NCBI GenBank assembly: GCA_965112155.1
Contig: OZ218108.1
Source of the DNA: Podarcis liolepis
Lineage: Eukaryota
Length of the DNA stretch: 64,000 bases
Strand: one strand, 5' to 3'
Shown: positions 1 to 12,950 of the stretch, piece after piece
How the letters are laid out: each line of letters starts with the position of its first letter
How positions within the stretch are numbered: the first letter of the stretch is position 1
Position numbers and translations under genes: made by a program
Notes under the pieces: model-generated
What the model was told of the DNA's origin: nothing
The model's input: only the letters and a program-made list of their open reading frames with translations
Databases searched by the model: none

Positions 1-1967
1 GGGGAATTTAGAGAGATCTGGACATTCCCTGAGGCTGTTATCACCACTGATAGACCTGACCCCCATAAATTTGTCTAACCCCACTTTAAATCTATCTAAG
101 CTAGCAGTCATCACTGCATTGTTTGAAGAACCACTTCTTTTGTCTGCCCTGATGAATGTTAAAGGATTACAGCTGTCTGTTTGTTTTTTTGCGAACTTCT
201 TGCTGTATTTGGGAAACAGGAAATAACTCAGAGGTCAAATTGTGCAAGGGACTACCAGCTTAGCCTGGCTTGTTAAAATTCCCCTTCACACTAAGCCCTT
301 TTACCAGGAGCCTTTACTGAGTAAATTAGTTCTCTGAAGATCCACAAAAAAAAACTTGACAGGGGGAAAGGGTGGTCTGGAGGGGAAGCCTAGCATAGTG
401 TGTGCCAAAACAAATGACCGGGAAATTCTCCCGAAAACAGTTTGACATAAACCAAGTTGCACAGCCTGACCAAACATTATTCACGGGGTGTGGAAAGGTC
501 TGACACACAGAGGAGAGAGATCCAGCTGGGACAGGATCCAACCGCCGAGCTGGGAATGCAATGCAATAGGTGGTGCTTTTTTTTGTTTTAAAGGGAATGA
601 CTGCCGCGAAAGCAAGCGGGACGGAGGAAAGGGAAACTGCCAAAGACATGGGAAGCAGAGAAAAGCGTGACTTATTTTGTTGAGCAAGAAAGAAATATGA
701 AGCACGACTTATCCCTTGTATGTAGCAGAGGTTCAGAGAGAAGGTTGTCTAAGGACACCGCAGAGCGGGCAGTCCCCTTGGTCAGACTCCGTTCTGCATC
801 TATCATGTTACCGAGCAGGGCTTTTGATGATGGAACTGTGTGTAATATCCCGGGCCTTTCACTTTGATGGGTAAAATGTTCCAGATGTTGATCCTCATCT
901 ACTGCATGAGGACATTCTCTCTCTCCCTCCGCCCCCTCCCTGCTGTTTTCCATAGCGCTGGTTTCTCTGCCACAGTTTCTCTGGGTTTGCATTTGCAAGA
1001 AAGAAACAGCAGTAAAAGTTTTTGTTTGCTAATTATTTCTATTTGCTTAAATTGCAACGATTGCTCTTTGTTTGCTCATACTTTCCTGCCGTCTGTACGA
1101 GCTAGTTTTCTGTGTGAAAATCGGCTTGTTTGTTTAAACTGTATTTGTTTTGTAGGGAAATAATTGAAGTAAAATGCATATCAGAGAGCTGACTCCGCTC
1201 TCCGTAGGATAACGTGCTCGAGGTTCTGCTCCTGAAAACCCTTCCCAGAACTTTGATATTACTTTTGAGTGTTGTTTCCAGCTTTTGCCAGGTTTCTCTC
1301 CTCCATGCCCCAGCCTGACCCTGTTTGAACTGGAACATCTAACAGCTTAGAACTGATTGGCTGCAGTACTCTAGATAAAACTGCTGAGCCACAATATTTT
1401 ATTTTGCTAGTAAAATGTCATGTGATTTCAGACTTAACGACTCCCATCTGTAGAGCTTGGGTGGCCGGCTAAAAAAGTGGACAGGCCTTGTGCACCTTCA
1501 TTAATAGGTTGTGCAGAAGAGGGGCATTTCAGCAGGGCAGGAGCGGCTTCTCATATGGCCCACCCAGAGAGCGGCTGGCGATGGGAGAAGTAGCAGTCAG
1601 ATGCCCATGTCAGCAGTATGGTCCAGTATGCCCACCAGAGCTGGTGCTGGTTGCTGTAACCTTATTTCGTATTTTTAGAAGCATTTTGCGGTCAGGGAGT
1701 GGCCAGCTAGCTACATACTTCAGGGGTGGATATTTGGGGGGGGGGGGGAGCTAAGGTCCAGCTAAGGTCCATGGGCAATCTTCTGAGGGGGCTGCATGTC
1801 TCAGTGGGTGTGGCCAAAGGGGGTGTGTCAAGGAATGCTGCTTGCAAGGCTGCCTTTCCGAAGGCTGTCCCGGCAGCTGTTTTACACTCTTTTACAGAAT
1901 TGTTGCTGCTGGCGTTGTTATTTCTTAGTTGCTTGTTACCCCAAGGTCTCAAAACAATTTACAACAC

Positions 1968-1970
<3 letters not shown>

Positions 1971-2011
<41 letters not shown>
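1971..2011. repeat. (CA)n microsatellite
   Basis: Direct read. Confidence 0.95.
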
Positions 2012-2013
<2 letters not shown>

Positions 2014-2395
2014 ACAGATATACACTCACAGAGCATAGCATTTTTTTAAAAAGCCATTAATTTAATATAGATGCATGAAAACATGGGGGGGAATCCCCAT
2101 AACAGCCCCCTAATACAAAGAATATAATCTCAGTCTATCAAAAAACCAAACTATTGTTTTCAGGGTTTTTTAGTTAAAAATTGCAAACTTTTTTTTAAAA
2201 AAACAAACCACCATCAATTTTTGGACTACAATTCCTAACCATCCATGACCACTGACAAGGCGCATCCCAGTGAGGAACCTTTAGGAAAAATAACGGGGGG
2301 ACCCTGCAGAAATATTTTAAAAATGAAAAAGGAGGTATTTTGGAGACCCACAATATTTTGGTATCAAAGCAGGGACCTGTTGGAGCAGTTATGAG

Positions 2396-2443
2396 GAAGA
2401 AGAAGAAGAAGAAGAAGAAGAAGAAGAAGAAGAAGAAGAAGAA
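2396..2443. repeat. (GAA)n microsatellite
   Basis: Direct read. Confidence 0.95.
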
Positions 2444-3403
2444 ATGCGGGTGGAGGAGTTGAGCCCCCACAAAAGATTCTTGGGGGGGGGCAGACATGGT
2501 TTGGCTTGGCATGAACAAAGGCAAGCGCCTGCAAATCCTCCCATATATATAACATTGCCCCAGGGCCACCCCATATGCCCTGCTGCCACAAAACGGTGTT
2601 TCTGGAGCAGTATTTGATGTTTTGGTTCAGGCCTGCACCACCTGTGACTCACCAAGGGAAACGCAGCCCTCCAGCCATGCATGGCAGCTGCTAAAGGGCT
2701 GGGAACCTCCTGATTTTGCTACCTGTTTGGGCATACCAAAGAACAACAACAACAAATCCAGGGAAAACTGTATGTCAAGCACCTGGCAAGCCGCAGGACA
2801 CAGAATGGGTATGTGTGTGTGCATGTGCAAGTGTGCATCGAAACTCACGGCTGGGATATATCTGATTGCCCTTGACGGGAAAATGCAGTCATATAACACA
2901 GTAACTTAAATCTGCCCTGTGTCGCTTGTGTACCGCAGCTGGAAACAATACATGCAGGATCGGTTTGGTTTGGTGCATTTATTCTTTAATCCTTTCGTCA
3001 CCACACCATAGTGGTGAATACTTCATTTTTTTTATTTGCTCGTAAACATAAGCAGTTGAGCTTTCACCAGCTCTTCTCTGCAACCGAGAGCCAAATATTG
3101 GTTGCAATGGAATGTCTTGAGAAGTGTGAGAACACATGTCCACGTCAATGCTTGTGCCTAGATTTCAATGTAGAGCTTTCAACTCGAAGAGGAACTTCAT
3201 CAGCCTAATGGCACATCCATAGAACTGAGCAGGGCCATAGCTCAGGGACAGAGCACGTGCTTGGCATGTAGAAGGTCGCAAGTTTACTTCCTGCTAGCTC
3301 CAGTTCTTTTTTTTTAAAAGGAGGACAGCAGAGACCTGTGGCTGAGATCTTGAAGAGCTGCTGCCAGAGTCCTACCTTACTCTTAAAATTTGGTGGTGTC
3401 CAA

Positions 3404-3505
3404 CTAGTCCAACCCCTTGCAATGGAATATGCTGTTGTCCCATACGGGGATTGAACCTGTAACCTTGATGCTATCAGCACCATGCTCCAAGCAACTGAGC
3501 TATCT
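3404..3505 (-). mobile_element. tRNA-derived SINE with CR1-like tail (Squam2-like), partial
   Basis: Reverse complement gives a tagctcagttg...gttcaatcccc tRNA-like head and an aggggttggactag CR1-type tail; same family as 63344. Confidence 0.7.
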
Positions 3506-3778
3506 AGGCTGTCTCTGTGTGTGTTTAGGCTACTGTGCAAAGGTAAAGTTTACGTTTGTTGCTCCACCCACTTTTGCCTCTGGCTCCACCCACCACTGTC
3601 TGCTGGAAGGTTGTCCAGTAGGGAATGCAGCCCTTCAGTTGAGCAGGGTCTCCCCACCCCTGCCTTATGTGATCTAACATTCAACGGTTGGGCTTTTGGA
3701 ACACGCAAGTGGCCGCCTTTGGAGATCCCTGCAGATCTCTTCCTCCAGATTGATGCTCCATTGAGCATTCCTGGAGAG

Positions 3779-3915
3779 CAGTGTTTCCCAAACTTGGGTC
3801 TAAGGCTGTTTTTGGACTACAGTTCCCAACCATGCTTGACCACTGGTACTGCTAGACAGGGATGATAGGAGTTGTAGTTGAAAAACAGCTGGAGACCCAA
3901 CTTTGGGAAACACTG
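3779..3915. mobile_element. Short palindromic hAT-type MITE
   Basis: TIRs CAGTGTTTCCCAAA...TTTGGGAAACACTG and an internal ggactacagttccc/ggagttgtagt hairpin. Degenerate 8-bp flanks ctggagag/ctgtacag. Confidence 0.7.
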
Positions 3916-4018
3916 CTGTACAGCAAGGATGGGGCGCCTTTGGCCCTCCAGATGTGGTTGGACTCCCAACACCCATCAGAGCCGGCCACCATGGTCAATG
4001 ATTGGGGTGGAGGATGCT

Positions 4019-4329
4019 GAAGAAGAAGAAGAAGAAGAAGAAGAAGAAGAGGAGGAGGAGGAGGAGGAGGAGGAGGAGGAGGAGGAGGAGGAGGAGTTTG
4101 GACTTGATATCCCACCTTTCACTCCCCTTAAGGAGTCTCAAAGCGGCTAACATTCTCCTTTTCCTTCCTCCCCCACAACAAACACTCTGTGAGGTGAGTG
4201 GGGCTGAGAGACTTCAGAGAAGTGTGACTAGCCCAAGGTCACCCAGCAGCTGCATGTGGAGGAGCGGGGAAGCAAACCCGGTTCACCAGATTACGAGTGC
4301 ACCGCTCTTAACCACTACACTACACTGGC
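4019..4329 (-). mobile_element. Squam3-type tRNA SINE with expanded (CTC)n(CTT)n tail
   Basis: Near-identical to the copies at 25700 and 36121. tRNA-like head ccagtgtagtgtagtggttaagagc; the tail reads as (GAA)n(GAG)n on the + strand. Confidence 0.85.
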
Positions 4330-4366
4330 AATCCACCCATCTTTGGAAGGGAAGGGGGGAACAAAT

Positions 4367-4492
4367 CAGTGGCGTAGCGTGGGTTGTCAGCACCCAGGGC
4401 AAGGCAAGTAATTTGCGCCCCCTAACCCTAACCCCCAGATGTTGCACCCGGTGCAGCCGGGGCCCCCCTGCACCCCCCATGCTACGCCACTG
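4367..4492. mobile_element. 126-bp non-autonomous hAT element
   Basis: Perfect 12-bp TIRs CAGTGGCGTAGC/GCTACGCCACTG; perfect 8-bp TSD GAACAAAT (4359-4366, 4493-4500). Confidence 0.9.
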
Positions 4493-5896
4493 GAACAAAT
4501 GACCCATTGCACTGGGCCTCCCTTGCCTGGGTTTGTCATTGGTGTTACCATCTTCCACCCAGGCCTCCATACTTAGGAAAGTTTGCTTCCAGAGAGCCGA
4601 TAAGTAGTTCTTTTGAATCTAAGAAAAGGGTGCTCTCCTTGCTTTTATCACAATGAAAGAAGCTGAGAGTTAACATAGACCAAGAGGAAAATCCAGCTCA
4701 GTTTCTGAGCCTGAGCTTGGTTGCTTCTGGGGTTCCAGTCTGGCCTCGTCACTTGACATCTCCTGTCTGTCCCCTTCGCTCATGGAATAATGAGCCGTCG
4801 GCAGTAATGAGTCAGCAAAAACAAGTTAAGATTTTCCAGATGGAGCCTCATTTTGCGAACATGTGGTGTTTTCAGACAAATACTGCCAGCCTGTTATAAT
4901 TTGTTTAGCCCTTTTTGGTTTCCCTTGCTTTATGAACTTTTAGAATTAAGTGCCAGCTAATTACAGAGGTTGGGCAATTGCAGAACATTGCCGGGGAGAG
5001 GCGACAGCTTTCCTGCACAAAATGGTACATCATGGACTGTGGCAGATGGGGAAAAGATCCCCAAGGTGGCAGGCAGGCTTGTTTAAGTCTAATAGATCCT
5101 AACATCTACATGCATTTTCCACTAGGGCTGAGATCCTGCCATGCAGGTGTGGGGAATCTCAAGCCTGGGGTGGGAGTATAGGCTGAATACAACTCTCCAG
5201 GCCTCTTTGCTTGGCTCTTCTCAAGTCACTGCCCTCCCAGAAGCACCCAGAGTCCTTTGTCTGGCTGAACTGTGACCTTAACTCCTGATAATGCCCCTTG
5301 CTTGCCTGGGCAGAGGATGCAGAGGGATGTGTGAGCGTGTGCTGAAACTAGCCTGTAGATCAAAGGAGGTATTTACATGGATTGCTCTGCTCACATTTGC
5401 CCCTGGCCTCACCCACCATTGGCACATACCCCTTGGAAAGTTGCCCAAAAGTGACGCTTGGTTCCCCCTTCCAGCTGTAATACTTGGGAGCCAGTCCCCT
5501 GGAATTCAGGAGAGTTTACTTTTCTGTGCAGATAGGATTGCAAAGTAAGTTGGCGATGTTTAGAAGTATGTCTGTGCCCCCTTTGTTCTCCATATAATGC
5601 ACAGGCTTATCCCGTTCTGTCCTCAAAAGCCACCCGGTTAGGTTTCTCGGACAGGATGCCTGGTCCAAGGTCACCCAGGGAGGTCTTTTGTTGAGGAGGA
5701 ACTCGAACCCAGATCTCTCCAGCCCCAAGCCAAGCAATCTATCTGCCACTCCACACTTCTTCCCACAAGTTCAGATTCTTTAACACAAGGTTTTCCAATC
5801 TGGGTTGAGAGTCTTCCTTAGAGAAATCAGTCTTATGCATGTTTTCTCAGAAGCAACTCCAACAAAGCTCATGGAAAATTAATTCCAAATAGATGC

Positions 5897-5897
5897 A

Positions 5898-5942
<45 letters not shown>

Positions 5943-6316
5943 TTATCATTTATCATTTATACCCCGCCAATCTGGCTGGGTTTCCCCAGCCACTCTGGGC
6001 GGCTCTCAACAAAATATTAAGAACACGCTAAAACATCAGTCATTAAAAACTTCCCTAAACAGGGCTGCCTTCAGATGTCTTCTAAAAGTCAGATAATTGT
6101 TTATTTCCTTAACATCTGATGGGAGGGCGTTCCACAGGGCGGGCGCCACTACCAAGAAGGCCCTCTGTCTGGTTCCTTGTAGCCTCACTTCTCTCAGTGA
6201 GGGAACTGCCAGAAGGCCCTCAGGTGCTGGACCTCAGTGTCTGGGCAGAACGATGGGGGTGGAGCCGATCCTTCAGGTATACTGGGCAGAGGCCATTTAG
6301 GGCTTTAAAGGTCAGT
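5897..6316 (-). mobile_element. L2-type LINE 3' fragment with (TAT)n tail
   Basis: (AAT)n run followed by the tttataccccgcc...ctgggcggct 3' stem and a gggagggcgttccacagggcgggcgccactacc ORF2-end segment. Confidence 0.75.
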
Positions 6317-7789
6317 ATTTGGGAACATCTGACCCCTTGGGCCCCTCCTTCCACCCCTGAGGATTCCCCTCTGGCCCTTCTCCTTCCCCTCACAACACAC
6401 TTGCCCCTGCTCTAGGATGGAGAGATTTGGAGGGAGGTGTAGAAAACACTATATTTATGTAGCTGGAATATAGCCTTCCATATAAAGCCAAGAGCTATTT
6501 CCATTGTTCAAGCCACATTTGCATCTGGCACCTTCCACGCACCTCAAAAGGTTAACCAGGAATGAATGTGAGCCACGGGCTGAAAAAAGGCTTCCCAATC
6601 CTAGTGTCTATATAGGATTGCCGCCTTAGATGTTAACAATGCTTTGGAAACAATTGTGGAGAGTGAATGTCACCTTTCCCAGCAGAGTGGAAATATTAAT
6701 ACAGCAACAGAACATCAATTTCTAGTCCATCATCGCAGAGAACAGAAATAGAACTGTATTTCCAAGCCAATGTTTTAGCATGGAAATTCGCCTTCAGATG
6801 TCTTTGGGATTTAGAACACTCTTTGAGAAAAAGGATGATTGAGATAGACATTATTTTCTTATTAGGTTTTTTTTATCCTGTATTTCGGTGAAATATGTTC
6901 AAAGAGGTTTGTAACTCCCCTGTCCCCAAAAGTACAGTACACAACAACACCCATTCAAAAAATATAAATGCACTCACAAACATAAAAACAATTGGTGGTA
7001 GTCAATCAAGTTTTCTGAGTTGAACCACTGAAATTAATGAACATGTCTGTTATTTTCAATGGGTCTACGCTGAGTAGAATTTAGCTGAGGGCCACCCAAT
7101 AGACCCAATTCCTAATTTGTGCCTTGTATAGGAGGCAGAAGATCACTTAAACATTAAAAGCTGGCTTGAATAAATAGGCTCTCAACCTGTAGCTAATGAA
7201 TCTCCCGCAGGTGTTTTCCACAGTTTTGGTACCACCACCAAACAGTTCCTGTCCTTTGTAATCTGCTCAGTGGTAGAGAATGCTCCCTGCTTCGGACTTC
7301 ACCCTCCAAATCATGGAGAGTGACAGGCATAGAAATGCAGGGGGTGGAGCTTAGCACACCAGGGCCGGACCATCTATGAGGCAGACTGAGCAGCTGCCTT
7401 AGGCAACAACATACAAGGGGTGCCCCTCTGCTGCCACTAGAGAAGTGAGGCTAAGTGGCTGTGGTGGCTTTTGGGTTCCAACCAGATATTTTGAGAGCCC
7501 TGTGAGATCATACTTGAGAGTGCCTTGCTTACTAGGGTCTCTGGAAGGTTGTGTGAGGCCTCCTCGTGATCTCGTGGGGCTCTTGTGAAATCTCGCTGGA
7601 AGCTGCAGCCACGTGACCCTGGTAAGGAAGTCTTTAGTGGGGCAGGTGGGCGGCACTTTCCCATTTTGCCTCAGGCGGTGAAACAGGATGAGCTGCCTCT
7701 GCCGTGCGCCCTACTCACGTGTCGGCATCACGGCCGAATAGGGCGTGGGTCTTTGTTGTGTATAAACTTTGCTGTTTGGTCAAGACGTA

Positions 7790-8720
7790 CGTATCCCACC
7801 TTTCCTCATAAGGAATTCAAGGCTGCTGAGAACAAAATCGCACCATAATGAAGCCGTTTAAAATGTCGATGGCACAGCTTTAACTACACCAGTTATTAAG
7901 GCACAAAAACAGTGCTAGTAAAGAAATGAACAGTACGCCGGCAGCAGGTACAAGTTATTCTAAATCAGCAGATAAAAACCAATACAACAAAACAGCTGCC
8001 TATAAAACCAAAAGCTGCCTTGAAAAGGAATAATGGTTTCATTAGTTTCTGGAAAGCCATGAAAGAAGGCCCAGGACATGCCTCCCTCTGGGCGGAGTCC
8101 CAGAGTCTAGGCACAGCCACAGAGCAGGCTTTCTCCTTGCTCCCATCCAAGTACATACTGGGGGGTGTTGGATCAGGACTTGAAACGTCATCGCCAGTAC
8201 CATGAATTGTGCCCAGAAGCAAATCACAAGCCAGTAGGACTGTTTGAGCGAGGGATTCACATGCTCCCTATATCCTGCCTCTGTTAACAATCTGGCTGAA
8301 TTCTCGACCAACTGTGGTTTCTAAGTACTCTTCAAAGGCAGCTCTGCATAGGCTGCATTGCAGTAATTCAGGCATCGTATAACGAAGGCATGCGTCGCCA
8401 TGGCCGGATCTGCACTCTCCAGACCAGGCATAGTTTGCGCACCAGTCTGCCTTGCACCAATTACGCCTGATCTCCTGTGTGCATTTGACCTCTTTGCAAG
8501 AAGACTTATTGTAGTAGAGTCCATAAGCGTCACCTCTGGGATACATCAAAGGGGCTGTTATTACATCAGAACCTGCATAAATTGGGGGTATATAGACAAG
8601 CTTCCAGCTGTCACTCCTTTTCATGTGGGATTCAATCACATAGCAGCAAATTCAGGTTGTGTAATTACAGCTGATTGAGAGGTCTTGTGCAACAAACCTG
8701 CTTCCCCAGAAATTGGAATT
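7790..8720 (-). mobile_element. Degraded L2 LINE ORF2 3' portion
   Basis: Minus-strand peptide ATHAFVIRCLNYCNAAYAELPLKS matches the L2 'HALVTSRLDYCNALY.GLP' motif; contains frameshifts. Confidence 0.7.
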
Positions 8721-10639
8721 TTTGCGATAAGTGACAGGAAAACGAAGCTGAAAGTTTGGCATAGCACTTGCTTTGATGCAACCGTCACCCAGCCTGCCCA
8801 CAAACAAATGAGAACGGATGTTCTTTAAATAGCCAACACCATCCAATTTCCCTGCAAACACATCAGGATGACTGCTTTATAAGCAGGTCTTCTGGATGTG
8901 CTCAGAGGTCTTTCATGCATACATAGCCCTTGCAGAGAAAACCTATGATTCTCTTGCTGTTTTGCTTTCTGCTTTTTCAAACCCTTGACATTTTGTCACA
9001 TTCCCGCTTCTAGCTGGAGCCACACAATAGGGATTTAATTGTGTTAAAGCCTCATGCTGGCTTTGTCCTTTCTGGTCTTACGTGCTGCAGACACTGCAGT
9101 TCCACGTCACATCTCCATCTATGTATATAAACGGCCTTGACCTTTCTCACTGCGCTGCTAATTCTGAATATGTACTTCCACTTTGAGATAGTTACCCCCA
9201 CCCCCCGCTACTCTGCCAAGCATTCAGCGGTGCTGCTGTCACACTTGCACAAAACCTGAATGCTGTCGTGCCAGGCACTTTCACAAAACAGCGGACTCCA
9301 TGTGCACCACTGAAATTAAGCACAGCGGTGGGGGTCTAGAACTGGACCCCAATCCCACTGAAGGTTCTTCAAATCAACTGACCTAAATCTTGTTCTGCAG
9401 GAACATGTGTGTAGGTTTGCATCTTACCATGAGATAAAGTGCCCTATTTTAAAATTAATAGCTCTGGGCTCAATCACTTTGCGTTAGTCGTGAATTGAAC
9501 ATGGCTGATACAGCTTGCCCAACGTGCTTCTGGTATCTGTGTTCAAAGAATGCTAACGTGTATATGTTTGGAGAAGCAACTGTGTTTCGGCTGGCAATTA
9601 ATGAGTAAATCACATGGGGATAAAGGCATGGCAGTGTCAGACCCTCTGTTTAACAACCCCTTGGAAAGCACAAATGCATTCCATTGCCTGTTCTCTGTCA
9701 TTTGTTTTCTTAGTTCCAAATGGCATATATAAATAATAAATCCTCCCATTGACTATGATATCATACAGTTCAGGAGTAAGTCCGGATGCAAGAGAGATGG
9801 CTGGGATCTTCACAAACCAATGTTTTAAATCTAATGCATCTTTAGGAAGCCACATTCTGGGGGAAAACATCTACAACAACAACCCAAAACAGCAAACGCT
9901 CCAACAGAGGAAGCTGATTCAACTGCTAAAACTGGGTTGGGGAGTGAGGTTGAGTTTTAAAACAACACCAAATTAGCGAAAAGAGATAATGAAAGTCAAC
10001 AGAGAGTAGAAATGGATTTCTTTCACTGGAACATGAAAGCAAAATCCAGCATTGCCATGCCAGCATCCAGGCAGGGATTCCTTTTTACTCATCTGAGAGA
10101 CCTGAGACCTAGAATGTGCTGTAAGAGAAGCTCTGTCACCCGAGAGACAAGCCTGCTGATGCTAAGGAGCTTTAGGAAGGGGAAAGGAAGGCATTATATA
10201 AGAGAGAGGGGCTAATTCCCTGGCTAAGGTTATCCCTTTAATTGGGCAGGTTTCTGCACACATCCATATCCTAAACTCTGAGGTCACAGAAATCTAAGCT
10301 CACCTGAATGTGCCAATTATGTGTCTACCAGCGTTTGATAAGGTGAGCATTTGCAAATAAGGGCATTTGTGGTCCAGGTGTGGTCATGCCACATTTATGG
10401 GGGTTTCAGGACTTACCGGTATATAAAATAGTTCTATATGCCCAATAGAAAGCATTCTGACCCATTTGCCACCACTGCGTACATTTTAAGCTTCCCCCAA
10501 ACCTGGAGATTTCAGAACATCAGGAGTTCAAAACCCACTAGCCCAACTTGCCGAAGCCGTTTTTTAGAGGAGAAGCCATATTGTGCCAGGTACATTCGAG
10601 CTCCAAATTTAGCTCCTCCACGTTTGCAGAATCTTGTAT

Positions 10640-11200
10640 ATTAGCGACAAAGGCTGGGGGGGGGGGGACATTCGTGTTGTAAGTAGCTTATTTCGCTCTT
10701 CTTTTTCAGCCACGCATAAACTGCAGCGGTGTTGCTAATTACAATGATTTCAACAGCGCTTTTTCTTAAAAAAAGAAAAAAGATGATTCTCTGTAACCCT
10801 TTAAAAAAAAGCGAGCGCCTCTCCTTCTTTAGACTCCAGCAGCCTGGCCGACCCCTTCCACTGGAAGGATCCAGTCCGGAGATTAGCAGAAGCACGAGCC
10901 CTCTGAACAAGAGTAGCCTCTGAGGGTTTGGTTTCTGATGTCGCGCTAAGCATAATAAGAATGCCATTGACGTCAGCAGAGGCATCAGCAGGGAGAATAG
11001 CACCCCTGCTCTTCAAACCACACCAGGCAATTGCAGCGCTTTTGAAAATTAAAAGCCGCTGCTCGCAGGAGGGGAGGGCCGCTCCGGCTCCAGCTGAACT
11101 CTCCAGTTGCTTCTGCATTTTCTGTAAATAAAGCCAGAGAGGGGAAAAGCTGCAGTGTATTGATGAAGGCACTTAAAATCCGGGGAAGAGGCGGTGAAGC
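10640..11200. promoter_or_regulatory. CpG-retaining unique intronic element with a full CRE (candidate enhancer)
   Basis: Locally CpG-rich, not a recognisable TE. Palindromic TGACGTCA at 10968-10975, extended to TGACGTCAGCA. Confidence 0.4.
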
Positions 11201-11589
11201 AAAGGGGGAGAAAGATAATTTGATATATATATATTTTTGTAAGCCCTTTGTTGTTGTTGTTTTCTAGGAAAAACGCAAGCTGTGCCACCCATGTGGGTTG
11301 CGGGCTGGAGCTGCTTGGCCACCAAACAAAGCAAATTTCAAATTCCCCTGAATAGTAAATGGGTTGGGGTTGAGTCAGAAAGATGTCAAAGGCAGGCATG
11401 TGCTGGAAGCTATCTGGAGTCCCCTGCACCCCGTTCCACTTTTGTAAAGTGGTGCAGTGGATGGTATGCGCTCTCTCTCTCTCTCCCCCTCCCCCCAAAA
11501 GCCTTTATTCTTGTTCGCTGCACAATAAAATAAAATGCCTGGAATCCAGGGAGAATAGAAACTGTGACCATTTCTTGAAATGACCTTGG

Positions 11590-11688
11590 TGGTTGTTGTT
11601 GTTTAGTCGTATCCGACTATTCGTGACCCCATGGACCAGAGCACGCCAGGCACTCCTGTCTTCCACTGCCTCCCGCAGTTTGCCCACG
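11590..11688 (-). mobile_element. RTE/BovB-like LINE 3' end
   Basis: Minus-strand peptide GKLREAVEDRSAWRALVHGVTNSRIRL followed by a (CAA)n tail, typical of the RTE-BovB C-terminus. Confidence 0.8.
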
Positions 11689-11704
11689 TTTATTCCACAG
11701 AACG

Positions 11705-12056
11705 GGGATTCGGGTGGCGCTGTGGGTTAAACCACAGAGCCTAGGACTTGCCGATCAGAAGGTCGGTGGTTTGAATCCCCGCAACGGGGTGAGCTCCCGT
11801 TGCTTGGTCCCTGCTCCTGCCAACCTAGCAGTTCAAAAGCACGTCAAAGTGCAAGTAGATAAATAGGTACCGCTCCGGCAGGAAGGTAAACGGCGTTTCT
11901 GTTCACTGCTCTGGTTCGCCAGAAGCGGCTTAGTCATGCTGGCCACATGACCCGGAAGCTGTACGCTGGCTCCCTCGGCCAATAAAGCAAGATGAGCACC
12001 GCAATCCCAGAGTCAGCCACGACTGGACGTAATGGTCAGGGGTCCCTTTACCTTTT
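11705..12056 (+). mobile_element. Sauria SINE (Squam1), full length
   Basis: Head gggattcgggtggcgctgtgggttaaacc, (accttt)n tail, 15-bp TSD TTTATTCCACAGAAC (11689-11703 / 12054-12068). Confidence 0.92.
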
Positions 12057-12259
12057 ATTCCACAGAACTAAAGGCAAAGTGCATAGTTCTCCCCTCCCCC
12101 ATTCTTTCAATCATCAACAACAACCCTGTGAGGGAGCTTAGGCAGAAAAGTAGTGAGCCAGGCACTGAAAAGCCACCCAGGGCCGGCTCAGTTTGTAAGG
12201 TTATTTTTCTGTTTCTGCATGTGCTGTAGAGGGAAGTGAGGGGCAGATGGAGATCATCA

Positions 12260-12637
12260 ACCTGGGCAGGGAGCCTATCTAGGAGAAGGAAAACTCTGGT
12301 CCTAAACCTCCACTGCCTTGTGGGATATCTTTGGAAGAAGAAATGCTAAGGGGTAAACCCTAGACAAATCTGAAGTGGAGTTCCTAAGATGGTTGCCCAG
12401 AGCCTTGTGTGCCTCCTTCCAAACACCCCTGCAGCCAAGCTAGTGCTGAATATCTTGCTCTGCTTTCCTTTGGACCATCAGTGAGGTCAAGACGGGGGTC
12501 TTGTTGTCTGGGCAGTCCAGGACCTCTATACACACTTGCACCCTGGGGAGATCACTTCAGTGCTGCAAATGCAGCAATTTGATTTTACCCCCAGAGGCAC
12601 ACTCCATTGTCTCTCAAGACAGGTGGATGCCAACAAA
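12260..12637 (+). mobile_element. RTE-related non-autonomous element (degraded)
   Basis: ctaggagaaggaaaactctgg...aaacctccactgcc RTE 5'-UTR-like segment. Its 3' end ctccattgtctctc...gatgccaaca recurs inverted at about 32888-32945. Confidence 0.5.
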
Positions 12638-12950
12638 GGCCATAACAAACGTGGTTGCCTAGTGAGTTTGATGGCTGAGTGGGGCTCTGATTTTGCGTCC
12701 TAATCTGACGCACTAGCCGCTATGCCAGGAGTACAGGGTGTGTGGCATGAGAGCCGACCACAGTGGTCTGAGTGATATGACCGCTCCAACGACGGGGCAG
12801 AGGATGAGATTGGCAGTTGATCAGCTTATGGGCTCAAAAAGAAACCGTGTCATGAAAGCACCACCTTATCCACCCAAAACAATCCGGATCATGCACACGT
12901 TTTTAAGAGTTCTTAATGCTCTAGGAGTTCTTAATGTTGCTCTTTGTTTT

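Noticed and set aside
1721-2600. Possible degraded hAT-like element around the G-runs and microsatellites
   Set aside because: Could not identify matching TIRs or a TSD.
3852-4502. Poly-E/K/R/P ORFs (and poly-F/L/S at 2195-2682, poly-I at 5893, poly-M at 19470)
   Set aside because: Translations of trinucleotide microsatellites and retroelement tails.
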